A stretch of 64,000 nucleotides of DNA from assembly GCF_003334385.1 (NCBI RefSeq), contig NZ_QOWN01000010.1, one strand, 5' to 3'. This stretch comes from Escherichia coli. Lineage in GTDB: Bacteria > Pseudomonadota > Gammaproteobacteria > Enterobacterales > Enterobacteriaceae. A program made the translations under genes and the position numbers. The notes below the pieces were generated by a model that was not told the origin of the DNA, ran no database searches, and saw only the letters and a list, made by a program, of their open reading frames with translations. Positions 26,607 through 38,067 of the stretch are shown piece by piece (positions within the stretch are counted from its first letter, which is position 1; each line of letters starts with the position of its first letter).

Positions 26607-27122
26607 ATGTTGAAACGGATAATCTGGATTCTGTTCTTATTGGGATTAACGTGGGGCTGTGAGCTATTTGCCCATGATGGCACGGTCAACATTAGCGGAT
26701 CGTTTCGCCGTAATACATGCGTGCTGGCACAGGATAGCAAGCAAATCAATGTGCAGTTAGGCGATGTCTCGCTGACACGTTTTTCTCATGGGAATTATGG
26801 CCCGGAGAAATCTTTCATCATTAATTTGCAGGATTGCGGAACAGATGTCAGCACGGTTGACGTCACCTTTTCAGGAACCCCCGACGGAGTGCAGAGCGAA
26901 ATGTTGTCCATTGAAAGTGGTACGGATGCAGCCAGCGGGCTGGCAATTGCGATTCTGGATGATGCGAAGATATTGATTCCGCTTAACCAGGCGAGTAAAG
27001 ACTACAGCCTACATAGCGGTAAGGTGCCATTAACTTTTTATGCGCAATTGCGACCTGTCAATAGCGATGTGCAGTCGGGTAAAGTGAATGCCAGCGCGAC
27101 ATTTGTACTTCATTATGACTAA
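26607..27122 (+). CDS. ycbV: Fimbrial-like protein YcbV, 171 aa
   Basis: ORF 26559..27122; start chosen at MLKRIIWILFLLGL (signal peptide). Confidence 0.85.
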   Translation: MLKRIIWILFLLGLTWGCELFAHDGTVNISGSFRRNTCVLAQDSKQINVQLGDVSLTRFSHGNYGPEKSFIINLQDCGTDVSTVDVTFSGTPDGVQSEMLSIESGTDAASGLAIAILDDAKILIPLNQASKDYSLHSGKVPLTFYAQLRPVNSDVQSGKVNASATFVLHYD

Positions 27123-27825
27123 TACGTGGAACAGATTGGCGCTCTTGATTTTCGCCGTTTTATCGCTGCTGGTGGCGGGTGAATTGCAGGCAGGAGTGGT
27201 GGTCGGCGGAACGCGATTTATCTTTCCGGCAGACAGAGAATCGATATCTATTTTACTGACTAATACCAGTCAGGAATCCTGGCTTATTAACAGTAAAATC
27301 AACCGCCCAACGCGTTGGGCCGGGGGGGAAGCGTCGACAGTGCCAGCACCATTACTGGCCGCTCCGCCACTTATTCTCCTGAAGCCCGGTACGACAGGCA
27401 CGTTGCGCTTGCTGAGAACGGAAAGCGACATCTTGCCTGTGGATCGCGAAACGCTATTTGAGTTAAGCATTGCCAGCGTGCCATCCGGCAAAGTTGAAAA
27501 TCAGAGCGTAAAAGTGGCGATGCGCTCGGTATTTAAACTGTTCTGGCGACCCGAAGGTTTGCCGGGCGACCCGCTGGAAGCTTATCAACAATTACGCTGG
27601 ACACGGAATTCGCAGGGTGTACAACTCACTAACCCAACGCCTTATTACATTAACCTGATTCAGGTGAGTGTAAATGGTAAAGCGTTAAGTAATGTGGGAG
27701 TTGTGCCGCCTAAAAGCCAGCGTCAGACAAGCTGGTGTCAGGCAATCGCACCGTGTCATGTCGCCTGGCGGGCGATAAATAATTACGGCGGGTTGAGTGC
27801 AAAGAAGGAGCAAAATCTGCCCTGA
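27115..27825 (+). CDS. ycbF: Fimbrial chaperone-like protein YcbF, 236 aa
   Basis: ORF 27088..27825; start chosen at MTNTWNRLALLIF; PapD-like chaperone sequence. Confidence 0.85.
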   Translation: MTNTWNRLALLIFAVLSLLVAGELQAGVVVGGTRFIFPADRESISILLTNTSQESWLINSKINRPTRWAGGEASTVPAPLLAAPPLILLKPGTTGTLRLLRTESDILPVDRETLFELSIASVPSGKVENQSVKVAMRSVFKLFWRPEGLPGDPLEAYQQLRWTRNSQGVQLTNPTPYYINLIQVSVNGKALSNVGVVPPKSQRQTSWCQAIAPCHVAWRAINNYGGLSAKKEQNLP

Positions 27826-27834
27826 AACAGGTTC

Positions 27835-27849
27835 GGAAAACGTTTGCGT
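27835..27849 (+). promoter_or_regulatory. PurR-like operator (pur box) upstream of pyrD
   Basis: GGAAAACGTTTGCGT matches 13 of 16 positions of the palindromic pur box ACGCAAACGTTTGCGT; about 90 bp upstream of the pyrD ATG. Confidence 0.5.
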
Positions 27850-27935
27850 TTTTTTTGCCGCAGGTCAATTCCCTTTTGGTCCGAACTCGCACATAATACG
27901 CCCCCGGTTTGCACACCGGGAATCCAGGAGAGTTC

Positions 27936-28946
27936 ATGTACTACCCCTTCGTTCGTAAAGCCCTTTTCCAGCTCGATCCAGAGCGCGCTCATGAGTTTAC
28001 TTTTCAGCAATTACGCCGTATTACAGGAACGCCGTTTGAAGCACTGGTGCGGCAGAAAGTGCCTGCGAAACCTGTTAACTGCATGGGCCTGACGTTTAAA
28101 AATCCGCTTGGTCTGGCAGCCGGTCTTGATAAAGACGGGGAGTGCATTGACGCGTTAGGCGCGATGGGATTTGGATCGATCGAGATCGGTACCGTCACGC
28201 CACGTCCACAGCCAGGTAATGACAAGCCGCGTCTCTTTCGTCTGGTAGATGCCGAAGGTTTGATCAACCGTATGGGCTTTAATAATCTTGGCGTTGATAA
28301 CCTCGTAGAGAACGTAAAAAAGGCCCATTATGACGGCGTCCTGGGTATTAACATCGGCAAAAATAAAGATACGCCAGTGGAGCAGGGCAAAGATGACTAT
28401 CTGATTTGTATGGAAAAAATCTATGCCTATGCGGGATATATCGCCATCAATATTTCATCGCCGAATACCCCAGGATTACGCACGCTGCAATATGGTGAAG
28501 CGCTGGATGATCTCTTAACCGCGATTAAAAATAAGCAAAATGATTTGCAAGCGATGCACCATAAATATGTGCCGATCGCAGTGAAGATCGCGCCGGATCT
28601 TTCTGAAGAAGAATTGATCCAGGTTGCCGATAGTTTAGTTCGCCATAATATTGATGGCGTTATTGCAACCAATACCACACTCGATCGTTCTCTTGTTCAG
28701 GGAATGAAAAATTGCGATCAAACCGGTGGCTTAAGTGGTCGTCCGCTTCAGTTAAAAAGCACCGAAATTATTCGCCGCTTGTCACTGGAATTAAACGGTC
28801 GCTTACCGATCATCGGTGTTGGCGGCATCGACTCGGTTATCGCTGCGCGTGAAAAGATTGCTGCGGGTGCCTCACTGGTGCAAATTTATTCTGGTTTTAT
28901 TTTTAAAGGTCCGCCGCTGATTAAAGAAATCGTTACCCATATCTAA
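27936..28946 (+). CDS. pyrD: Dihydroorotate dehydrogenase (quinone) PyrD, 336 aa
   Basis: ORF 27909..28946; start chosen at [16 protein letters not shown] (ATG at 27936). Confidence 0.96.
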
Positions 28947-28978
28947 TTATTTCTTCGAATTCCTCTTTATAAGATAAT

Positions 28979-29012
28979 CAGGGCTTTATTTTCAGCCCTG
29001 GTTGTTTTATAT
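28979..29012 (+). terminator. Rho-independent terminator after pyrD
   Basis: Stem CAGGGCT/AGCCCTG followed by GTTGTTTTATATT. Confidence 0.55.
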
Positions 29013-29119
29013 TCATCGCTGTTGCTTATTTAGACATTTTGTACTTTTATTGTTGAGGTTATTAAGCGAAGCGACAATGGATTGTGTTGCTGCGGTTTTA
29101 TAGGGTAGGGGAGAGGCAG

Positions 29120-29662
29120 ATGCGAATTAAACCAGACGATAACTGGCGTTGGTATTACGATGAAGAGCACGATCGAATGATGCTCGATTTAGCCAATGGT
29201 ATGCTATTTCGCTCACGTTTTGCGCGCAAGATGTTGACTCCAGATGCCTTTTCTCCCGCAGGCTTTTGCGTTGACGACGCCGCGCTCTATTTCTCTTTTG
29301 AAGAAAAGTGCCGCGATTTTAATTTATCTAAAGAACAAAAAGCCGAACTGGTGCTGAATGCACTGGTAGCAATTCGCTATCTCAAACCGCAAATGCCGAA
29401 AAGCTGGCATTTTGTTTCCCATGGTGAAATGTGGGTGCCCATGCCGGGCGATGCGGCCTGCGTTTGGTTGAGCGATACTCACGAGCAGGTCAATTTGCTG
29501 GTCGTTGAATCTGGCGAAAATGCCGCACTATGCCTGCTGGCACAACCCTGCGTTGTTATTGCGGGTCGCGCGATGCAGTTGGGCGACGCCATTAAAATCA
29601 TGAACGACAGGCTGAAACCGCAGGTTAATGTTGACAGCTTCAGCCTCGAACAGGCAGTCTAA
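29120..29662 (+). CDS. zapC: Cell division protein ZapC (YcbW), 180 aa
   Basis: ORF 29084..29662; start chosen at [24 protein letters not shown]. Confidence 0.92.
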
Positions 29663-30768
29663 CGCGCCAACTTAAGTGCAGTCTTCGGTACACAGCTACA
29701 GCAAAGAATGGTGCCATCATCGCCCATTGCTGATTTTTTCAGCGGCGTGACTTCGCCTTCTAAAAGCTGAACACGGCAACTTCCACAAATGCCCGCGCGG
29801 CAAGAATAAGGGATACGAATTCCCTGATTTTCTAATTGCTCCAGCAACACCTGTTGGTTATTTCCACGAAATGCCTGTCCCTGCCAGTCAATATCTACAT
29901 TTGCGTCCGGTTGTTGCGTGATGTTGGCGGTATCATCAGCGGCAGCTGCGCCGTAAATTTTTGCCGGAGCCGTTGCCAGAATTTCCACCTCATCGCCAAC
30001 GCGAATCACGCCGCTATTACGGGCAATTAAATTCTGACCAAAATCGACATCGCCGTTATCCTGGGCAGTGCGGAAAGATTGCAATGTTTTTAATGGTTCG
30101 CCTGCCGGATGTTTTTGCCCTTTTTCTGGGCTGACGGTGGTGAAAATACAGCGGCTACAAGGTTTAACCACATCAAACACCACATCACCAATGCGAATCA
30201 CTTTCCAGCGATCTTCTTCCCAGGCTGACGCGCCGGAAACCACCAGATTGGGGCGGAATTGCTCCATTTTTACACTGGCCGGACAACGTTGTTGGAGATC
30301 ACGTAACGAGGCTTCGTTAGCAAGAAGGTAAGGATAGCCATCAGCAAATGACAGAGGTACAGTGTTGTGGCGTTTCACGCGCCGGGTCATTTGTGGCCCC
30401 ACCCAGCGTAATTGCACTTCGCGGGAGAAAAATCCACTTAGCCATTTGTTGATCGCGTCTGGCGCAATTCGCGCGGTAAAATGTGTGCCCCAAACTTCGG
30501 TTGGTGCGTCTTGTGTGGCGAAATCAGCAAAACGAACATATGCGCTACTGCCATCTGGTGCGGTGAGATGCAAGCCATCATGCACAGGTGAAGGAGTAAA
30601 CCGTACCATCTGGGGAAACTGGCGAGCGGTAATAAACGTACCGTCAGGTTCCGTGATCATAAAGATGCGATCGAAGGCCAGACCACTGACATCTGCCAGA
30701 GCATGTGTAAGACCAATGCCGCGCATCGATTTAACAGGATGAATAAAAAGCCGGATTAATGTCGCCAC
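29659..30768 (-). CDS. ycbX: MOSC-domain protein with C-terminal 2Fe-2S ferredoxin domain, YcbX, 369 aa
   Basis: ORF 369 aa; C-terminal cysteine cluster CRAGICGSC. Confidence 0.93.
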
Positions 30769-31011
30769 GGTGCGGTCCTCAAATGAAAATAAGCCCTCAA
30801 CTTTATGACATGACGCGCTTATTAGCTATAATGCGCAACAATTTTCTTAGCGCCTGTCCCATTAGGCTATTTTATTTGTCAGTTTGGCCCTGGGTTATGC
30901 TCGAAATCCTCACGTACTTGTGTACGCTCCGGTTTCTCCGCGCTGTCCATGTCCAGACTGACTGCAACAATTACGCCTACTGCGGTAGGCTCTTAGAGTA
31001 AAAGTGACGAT

Positions 31012-33120
31012 ATGAATTCTCTGTTTGCCAGTACGGCCCGTGGGCTGGAAGAGCTGTTAAAAACTGAACTGGAAAACCTGGGGGCCGTTGAATGCCAGGT
31101 GGTTCAGGGTGGGGTCCATTTCAAGGGCGACACACGGCTTGTTTACCAGAGCCTGATGTGGAGCCGCCTGGCCTCGCGTATTATGTTGCCGCTGGGCGAG
31201 TGTAAGGTTTACAGCGATTTAGACCTCTATCTCGGTGTTCAGGCGATCAACTGGACAGAGATGTTTAATCCTGGCGCGACCTTCGCTGTCCACTTCAGTG
31301 GTTTGAATGACACCATCCGCAACAGTCAGTACGGCGCGATGAAAGTGAAAGACGCGATCGTCGATGCTTTCACGCGGAAAAATCTGCCGCGTCCAAATGT
31401 TGATCGCGATGCGCCGGATATCCGCGTTAACGTCTGGCTGCATAAAGAAACCGCCAGTATCGCTCTTGATCTGAGTGGTGATGGTTTACATCTGCGTGGC
31501 TATCGCGATCGTGCTGGTATTGCGCCGATCAAAGAAACCCTGGCAGCCGCTATTGTGATGCGATCCGGCTGGCAGCCAGGAACACCGCTGCTCGATCCGA
31601 TGTGTGGTTCCGGTACGTTGCTGATTGAAGCAGCGATGCTGGCGACCGAGCGCGCACCAGGCTTGCACCGTGGGCGTTGGGGCTTTAGCGGCTGGGCGCA
31701 GCATGATGAAGCTATCTGGCAGGAAGTGAAAGCGGAAGCGCAAACTCGCGCCCGTAAAGGCCTGGCTGAGTATAGCTCTCATTTTTACGGTTCGGACAGC
31801 GACGCACGGGTGATTCAACGTGCACGCACTAACGCCCGTCTTGCGGGGATTGGTGAACTGATCACCTTTGAGGTGAAAGATGTCGCGCAACTGACCAATC
31901 CGCTGCCGAAAGGGCCGTACGGCACAGTGTTGAGCAACCCGCCATACGGGGAACGTCTGGACAGCGAACCGGCGCTGATTGCGCTGCATAGCCTGCTGGG
32001 TCGGATCATGAAAAACCAGTTTGGTGGCTGGAATCTCTCTTTGTTTAGTGCCTCGCCGGATCTGCTAAGCTGCTTGCAGCTGCGTGCAGACAAACAGTAC
32101 AAGGCGAAAAACGGCCCGCTGGACTGCGTACAGAAAAATTACCACGTTGCCGAAAGCACTCCAGACAGCAAACCGGCGATGGTAGCGGAAGACTACACCA
32201 ACCGCCTGCGTAAGAACCTCAAAAAATTCGAGAAGTGGGCTCGCCAGGAAGGGATTGAATGTTACCGCCTGTATGACGCCGATCTGCCAGAATATAACGT
32301 TGCCGTTGACCGTTATGCCGACTGGGTGGTGGTGCAGGAGTATGCGCCGCCAAAAACTATTGATGCTCACAAAGCGCGTCAGCGTCTGTTCGATATTATC
32401 GCTGCAACCATTTCGGTACTGGGGATTGCGCCAAACAAACTGGTGCTGAAAACCCGTGAACGCCAGAAGGGCAAAAACCAATACCAGAAACTGGGCGAGA
32501 AGGGCGAGTTTCTTGAAGTTACCGAATATAACGCTCACTTGTGGGTGAACCTGACGGATTATCTCGATACTGGTCTGTTCCTCGATCACCGCATCGCCCG
32601 TCGTATGCTCGGTCAGATGAGCAAAGGCAAAGATTTCCTCAACCTGTTCTCTTATACCGGCAGCGCCACCGTGCATGCGGGATTAGGCGGTGCACGCAGC
32701 ACCACCACCGTGGATATGTCGCGTACTTATCTGGAATGGGCAGAACGCAACCTGCGTCTGAATGGCCTGACCGGGCGTGCGCATCGCCTGATTCAGGCCG
32801 ATTGCCTGGCGTGGCTGCGTGAGGCAAATGAACAGTTCGATCTGATCTTTATCGATCCGCCAACCTTCTCTAACTCAAAACGAATGGAAGATGCGTTTGA
32901 TGTTCAGCGCGATCATCTGGCGCTGATGAAAGATTTGAAACGTCTGCTGCGTGCAGGTGGGACGATCATGTTCTCGAACAACAAACGTGGCTTCCGTATG
33001 GATCTCGACGGCCTGGCAAAACTGGGACTGAAAGCACAAGAAATTACGCAAAAAACGCTCTCCCAGGATTTCGCCCGTAACCGCCAGATCCACAACTGCT
33101 GGCTGATTACCGCAGCCTGA
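31012..33120 (+). CDS. rlmL: Bifunctional 23S rRNA methyltransferase RlmKL (YcbY), 702 aa
   Basis: ORF 702 aa beginning [20 protein letters not shown]; two methyltransferase modules. Confidence 0.95.
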   Translation: MNSLFASTARGLEELLKTELENLGAVECQVVQGGVHFKGDTRLVYQSLMWSRLASRIMLPLGECKVYSDLDLYLGVQAINWTEMFNPGATFAVHFSGLNDTIRNSQYGAMKVKDAIVDAFTRKNLPRPNVDRDAPDIRVNVWLHKETASIALDLSGDGLHLRGYRDRAGIAPIKETLAAAIVMRSGWQPGTPLLDPMCGSGTLLIEAAMLATERAPGLHRGRWGFSGWAQHDEAIWQEVKAEAQTRARKGLAEYSSHFYGSDSDARVIQRARTNARLAGIGELITFEVKDVAQLTNPLPKGPYGTVLSNPPYGERLDSEPALIALHSLLGRIMKNQFGGWNLSLFSASPDLLSCLQLRADKQYKAKNGPLDCVQKNYHVAESTPDSKPAMVAEDYTNRLRKNLKKFEKWARQEGIECYRLYDADLPEYNVAVDRYADWVVVQEYAPPKTIDAHKARQRLFDIIAATISVLGIAPNKLVLKTRERQKGKNQYQKLGEKGEFLEVTEYNAHLWVNLTDYLDTGLFLDHRIARRMLGQMSKGKDFLNLFSYTGSATVHAGLGGARSTTTVDMSRTYLEWAERNLRLNGLTGRAHRLIQADCLAWLREANEQFDLIFIDPPTFSNSKRMEDAFDVQRDHLALMKDLKRLLRAGGTIMFSNNKRGFRMDLDGLAKLGLKAQEITQKTLSQDFARNRQIHNCWLITAA

Positions 33121-33131
33121 AAGGAATAGTA

Positions 33132-35039
33132 ATGTCATTAATCAGTATGCATGGCGCATGGCTGTCGTTCAGCGACGCGCCGCTTCTCGATAACGCAGAA
33201 CTGCATATCGAAGATAACGAACGTGTTTGTCTGGTGGGCCGCAACGGCGCAGGCAAATCGACGTTAATGAAAATCCTCAACCGTGAACAAGGGCTGGATG
33301 ACGGTCGCATTATTTACGAGCAAGATTTGATTGTAGCGCGTCTGCAACAGGATCCGCCGCGTAACGTTGAGGGTAGCGTTTATGATTTCGTTGCCGAAGG
33401 CATTGAAGAACAAGCGGAATATCTGAAACGCTATCACGATATTTCGCGCCTGGTGATGAACGACCCGAGCGAGAAAAATCTCAACGAACTGGCGAAGGTT
33501 CAGGAACAGCTGGATCACCACAACCTGTGGCAGCTGGAAAACCGCATCAACGAAGTGCTGGCGCAACTGGGGTTAGATCCTAACGTTGCGCTGTCGTCGC
33601 TTTCCGGCGGCTGGTTGCGTAAAGCGGCATTAGGACGCGCGCTGGTGAGTAATCCGCGCGTGCTGTTGCTTGATGAACCGACAAACCACCTGGATATTGA
33701 AACCATCGACTGGCTGGAAGGGTTTTTGAAAACTTTCAACGGGACGATTATTTTCATCTCCCACGACCGTTCGTTTATCCGCAATATGGCGACGCGCATT
33801 GTTGATCTCGATCGCGGCAAGCTGGTGACCTATCCAGGGAATTACGACCAGTACCTGCTGGAAAAAGAAGAAGCCCTGCGCGTGGAAGAATTACAAAATG
33901 CCGAGTTCGATCGCAAACTGGCGCAGGAAGAGGTGTGGATCCGCCAGGGGATCAAAGCACGCCGTACCCGTAATGAAGGCCGCGTACGCACCCTGAAAGC
34001 GATGCGTCGCGAACGTGGTGAACGTCGCGAAGTGATGGGTACCGCAAAGATGCAGGTGGAAGAGGCCAGCCGCTCCGGTAAAATCGTTTTCGAAATGGAA
34101 GACGTTTGCTACCAGGTTAACGGTAAGCAACTGGTGAAAGATTTTTCTGCCCAGGTTCTACGTGGCGACAAAATTGCCCTGATTGGTCCGAATGGGTGCG
34201 GCAAAACCACGCTGCTAAAACTGATGCTCGGTCAGCTTCAAGCGGACAGCGGGCGTATTCACGTTGGCACCAAACTGGAAGTGGCTTATTTCGATCAGCA
34301 CCGCGCGGAACTGGATCCCGATAAAACGGTGATGGATAACCTTGCCGAAGGTAAGCAAGAGGTGATGGTTAACGGCAAGCCACGCCACGTATTGGGCTAT
34401 TTGCAGGACTTTCTGTTCCATCCGAAACGGGCGATGACGCCGGTACGTGCGCTTTCTGGCGGTGAGCGGAACCGCTTGCTGCTGGCGCGTTTGTTCCTCA
34501 AACCAAGCAACTTATTGATTCTTGACGAACCGACCAACGATCTTGATGTCGAAACGCTGGAACTGCTGGAAGAACTGATCGACAGCTATCAGGGCACGGT
34601 ATTGCTGGTTAGCCACGATCGTCAGTTTGTCGATAACACCGTTACAGAATGTTGGATCTTCGAAGGCGGCGGTAAAATTGGTCGTTATGTCGGCGGTTAT
34701 CATGATGCCCGTGGTCAGCAAGAGCAGTATGTGGCGCTCAAACAGCCTGCGGTGAAAAAAACCGAAGAAGCCGCCGCGGCAAAAGCAGAAACTGTAAAAC
34801 GCAGCAGTAGCAAACTAAGCTATAAATTGCAGCGCGAACTGGAGCAGCTACCGCAATTGCTCGAAGATCTGGAGGCGAAGCTGGAAGCCCTACAGACGCA
34901 AGTGGCGGATGCTTCCTTCTTCAGTCAGCCGCATGAGCAGACGCAAAAAGTGCTTGCTGATATGGCTGCTGCAGAGCAGGAGCTGGAGCAAGCCTTTGAA
35001 CGCTGGGAGTATCTTGAAGCGTTAAAAAATGGTGGCTGA
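33132..35039 (+). CDS. uup: ABC-F family ATPase Uup, 635 aa
   Basis: ORF 635 aa; two ABC cassettes (GRNGAGKST and GPNGCGKTT Walker A) and a C-terminal coiled coil. Confidence 0.96.
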   Translation: MSLISMHGAWLSFSDAPLLDNAELHIEDNERVCLVGRNGAGKSTLMKILNREQGLDDGRIIYEQDLIVARLQQDPPRNVEGSVYDFVAEGIEEQAEYLKRYHDISRLVMNDPSEKNLNELAKVQEQLDHHNLWQLENRINEVLAQLGLDPNVALSSLSGGWLRKAALGRALVSNPRVLLLDEPTNHLDIETIDWLEGFLKTFNGTIIFISHDRSFIRNMATRIVDLDRGKLVTYPGNYDQYLLEKEEALRVEELQNAEFDRKLAQEEVWIRQGIKARRTRNEGRVRTLKAMRRERGERREVMGTAKMQVEEASRSGKIVFEMEDVCYQVNGKQLVKDFSAQVLRGDKIALIGPNGCGKTTLLKLMLGQLQADSGRIHVGTKLEVAYFDQHRAELDPDKTVMDNLAEGKQEVMVNGKPRHVLGYLQDFLFHPKRAMTPVRALSGGERNRLLLARLFLKPSNLLILDEPTNDLDVETLELLEELIDSYQGTVLLVSHDRQFVDNTVTECWIFEGGGKIGRYVGGYHDARGQQEQYVALKQPAVKKTEEAAAAKAETVKRSSSKLSYKLQRELEQLPQLLEDLEAKLEALQTQVADASFFSQPHEQTQKVLADMAAAEQELEQAFERWEYLEALKNGG

Positions 35040-35168
35040 TCGCAAAATAGTCGATTTAAACAGAGACAGCTGACAACGGTAAAATTGCCTGATGAACTGG
35101 GTTTATCAGGCATGAAAACCAACACTTTGTTAGTCATCTGTAAAATAGCGCATCATTAAGGAGTACCA

Positions 35169-36422
35169 ATGTGCGAACATCATCATGCCGCGAAGCACAT
35201 CCTGTGCTCGCAGTGTGACATGCTGGTGGCGTTACCGCGCCTTGAGCATGGTCAGAAAGCGGCATGTCCCCGGTGTGGCACAACGTTAACCGTGGCGTGG
35301 GATGCCCCTCGGCAGCGTCCCACCGCCTATGCGTTGGCTGCACTGTTCATGCTGTTGCTGTCCAACTTGTTTCCTTTTGTGAATATGAACGTTGCAGGAG
35401 TTACCAGTGAAATTACATTACTGGAAATTCCCGGCGTGCTTTTTTCTGAGGACTACGCCAGCCTCGGCACCTTTTTCCTGTTGTTTGTGCAACTGGTTCC
35501 CGCGTTTTGTCTGATAACCATTCTGTTACTGGTGAATCGCGCGGAATTACCGGTCCGTTTAAAAGAGCAACTGGCACGGGTGCTTTTTCAACTCAAAACC
35601 TGGGGAATGGCGGAGATTTTCCTCGCGGGTGTGCTGGTCAGTTTCGTTAAACTGATGGCTTACGGCAGCATTGGGGTAGGCAGCAGCTTTCTCCCCTGGT
35701 GTTTATTTTGTGTCCTGCAACTGCGCGCTTTTCAGTGCGTTGATCGTCGCTGGTTATGGGACGACATCGCCCCGATGCCAGAACTGCGCCAGCCGCTAAA
35801 ACCAGGCGTCACGGGGATACGTCAGGGGCTGCGTTCGTGCTCCTGTTGTACGGCAATCCTTCCTGCTGATGAACCCGTGTGCCCGCGTTGTAGTACCAAA
35901 GGGTACGTTCGGCGTAGAAACAGCCTGCAGTGGACACTCGCGCTGCTTGTAACGTCCATCATGCTGTATCTTCCGGCTAATATTTTGCCCATCATGGTGA
36001 CGGATTTATTAGGCTCGAAGATGCCGTCGACGATTCTCGCTGGGGTCATTCTGTTATGGAGCGAAGGCTCTTATCCCGTCGCTGCGGTGATCTTTCTGGC
36101 CAGTATTATGGTGCCAACGTTAAAGATGATCGCCATCGCGTGGCTGTGTTGGGATGCCAAAGGGCATGGCAAGCGCGACAGTGAAAGAATGCATTTGATT
36201 TATGAAGTTGTTGAGTTTGTAGGCCGCTGGTCGATGATTGACGTTTTCGTTATCGCGGTGCTCTCGGCGCTGGTGCGTATGGGAGGTTTAATGAGTATTT
36301 ATCCGGCAATGGGTGCATTAATGTTTGCTTTAGTCGTCATAATGACAATGTTTTCTGCTATGACGTTTGACCCGCGTTTGTCGTGGGATCGTCAACCTGA
36401 ATCAGAGCATGAGGAGTCCTGA
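35169..36422 (+). CDS. pqiA: Intermembrane transport protein PqiA, 417 aa
   Basis: ORF 417 aa; two CxxC pairs and multiple transmembrane segments. Confidence 0.94.
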   Translation: MCEHHHAAKHILCSQCDMLVALPRLEHGQKAACPRCGTTLTVAWDAPRQRPTAYALAALFMLLLSNLFPFVNMNVAGVTSEITLLEIPGVLFSEDYASLGTFFLLFVQLVPAFCLITILLLVNRAELPVRLKEQLARVLFQLKTWGMAEIFLAGVLVSFVKLMAYGSIGVGSSFLPWCLFCVLQLRAFQCVDRRWLWDDIAPMPELRQPLKPGVTGIRQGLRSCSCCTAILPADEPVCPRCSTKGYVRRRNSLQWTLALLVTSIMLYLPANILPIMVTDLLGSKMPSTILAGVILLWSEGSYPVAAVIFLASIMVPTLKMIAIAWLCWDAKGHGKRDSERMHLIYEVVEFVGRWSMIDVFVIAVLSALVRMGGLMSIYPAMGALMFALVVIMTMFSAMTFDPRLSWDRQPESEHEES

Positions 36423-36426
36423 CAGT

Positions 36427-38067
36427 ATGGAATCTAATAATGGGGAAGCCAAAATCCAAAAAGTGAAGAACTGGTCTCCCGTGTGGATATTTCCTATCGT
36501 CACGGCGCTCATTGGGGCCTGGGTTCTTTTTTATCATTACAGCCATCAGGGACCGGAAGTGACCCTGATCACCGCGAATGCGGAAGGAATTGAAGGTGGC
36601 AAAACCACCATTAAAAGCCGTAGCGTTGACGTCGGCGTGGTTGAAAGCGCCACACTGGCTGATGATTTGACGCACGTTGAAATCAAAGCGCGGCTGAATT
36701 CCGGTATGGAAAAATTGCTGCATAAAGACACCGTCTTTTGGGTGGTGAAACCGCAGATTGGTCGCGAAGGGATTAGCGGCCTGGGAACGCTGCTGTCTGG
36801 AGTTTATATCGAACTGCAGCCAGGCGCGAAAGGCAGCAAAATGGATAAATACGATTTGCTGGACTCGCCACCGTTGGCCCCGCCTGATGCGAAAGGTATC
36901 CGTGTGATTCTCGATAGCAAAAAAGCCGGGCAGCTCTCGCCAGGAGATCCGGTGCTGTTCCGTGGCTATCGGGTAGGTTCGGTTGAAACCAGCACCTTCG
37001 ATACACAAAAACGCAATATCAGCTATCAACTGTTCATCAATGCACCTTATGACCGACTGGTGACCAACAATGTTCGCTTCTGGAAAGATAGTGGCATTGC
37101 GGTTGATCTGACGTCAGCAGGGATGCGTGTGGAGATGGGCTCATTGACAACGCTGCTGAGTGGCGGTGTCAGCTTTGATGTGCCGGAAGGTCTGGATTTA
37201 GGGCAGCCAGTGGCACCGAAAACAGCTTTCGTTTTGTATGATGATCAGAAGAGCATTCAGGATTCGTTGTACACCGATCACATTGATTATCTGATGTTCT
37301 TTAAAGATTCGGTACGCGGTCTGCAACCGGGAGCTCCGGTAGAGTTCCGGGGTATTCGCCTGGGTACCGTAAGCAAAGTGCCATTCTTTGCGCCGAATAT
37401 GCGTCAGACATTTAACGATGATTACCGTATTCCGGTACTGATTCGTATCGAGCCAGAGCGGCTGAAAATGCAGCTTGGCGAAAATGCGGATGTTGTTGAG
37501 CACCTTGGCGAATTGTTGAAACGTGGTTTACGCGGATCGCTGAAAACCGGAAACCTGGTCACTGGTGCACTGTATGTTGATCTCGATTTCTATCCAAATA
37601 CGCCTGCAATAACCGGTATTCGTGAATTTAATGGTTATCAGATTATCCCGACCGTTAGCGGCGGCCTGGCGCAAATCCAGCAACGACTGATGGAAGCGTT
37701 GGATAAGATCAACAAACTGCCATTGAATCCGATGATTGAACAGGCAACCAGTACGCTTTCTGAAAGTCAGCGCACAATGAAAAACCTGCAAACGACGCTG
37801 GATAGCATGAACAAGATCCTCGCTAGCCAGTCGATGCAGCAGTTGCCGACGGATATGCAGTCAACGTTGCGTGAATTGAATCGCAGCATGCAGGGCTTCC
37901 AGCCTGGCTCCGCAGCCTACAACAAGATGGTGGCGGATATGCAGCGCCTTGATCAGGTGTTGCGAGAACTGCAACCGGTGCTGAAAACGCTCAATGAGAA
38001 GAGTAACGCGCTGGTATTTGAAGCGAAGGACAAAAAAGATCCAGAGCCGAAGAGGGCGAAACAATGA
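36427..38067 (+). CDS. pqiB: MCE-domain intermembrane transport protein PqiB, 546 aa
   Basis: ORF 36367..38067; start chosen at MESNNGEAKIQKVKNWSPVW (ATG at 36427), just after the pqiA stop. Confidence 0.92.
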   Translation: MESNNGEAKIQKVKNWSPVWIFPIVTALIGAWVLFYHYSHQGPEVTLITANAEGIEGGKTTIKSRSVDVGVVESATLADDLTHVEIKARLNSGMEKLLHKDTVFWVVKPQIGREGISGLGTLLSGVYIELQPGAKGSKMDKYDLLDSPPLAPPDAKGIRVILDSKKAGQLSPGDPVLFRGYRVGSVETSTFDTQKRNISYQLFINAPYDRLVTNNVRFWKDSGIAVDLTSAGMRVEMGSLTTLLSGGVSFDVPEGLDLGQPVAPKTAFVLYDDQKSIQDSLYTDHIDYLMFFKDSVRGLQPGAPVEFRGIRLGTVSKVPFFAPNMRQTFNDDYRIPVLIRIEPERLKMQLGENADVVEHLGELLKRGLRGSLKTGNLVTGALYVDLDFYPNTPAITGIREFNGYQIIPTVSGGLAQIQQRLMEALDKINKLPLNPMIEQATSTLSESQRTMKNLQTTLDSMNKILASQSMQQLPTDMQSTLRELNRSMQGFQPGSAAYNKMVADMQRLDQVLRELQPVLKTLNEKSNALVFEAKDKKDPEPKRAKQ

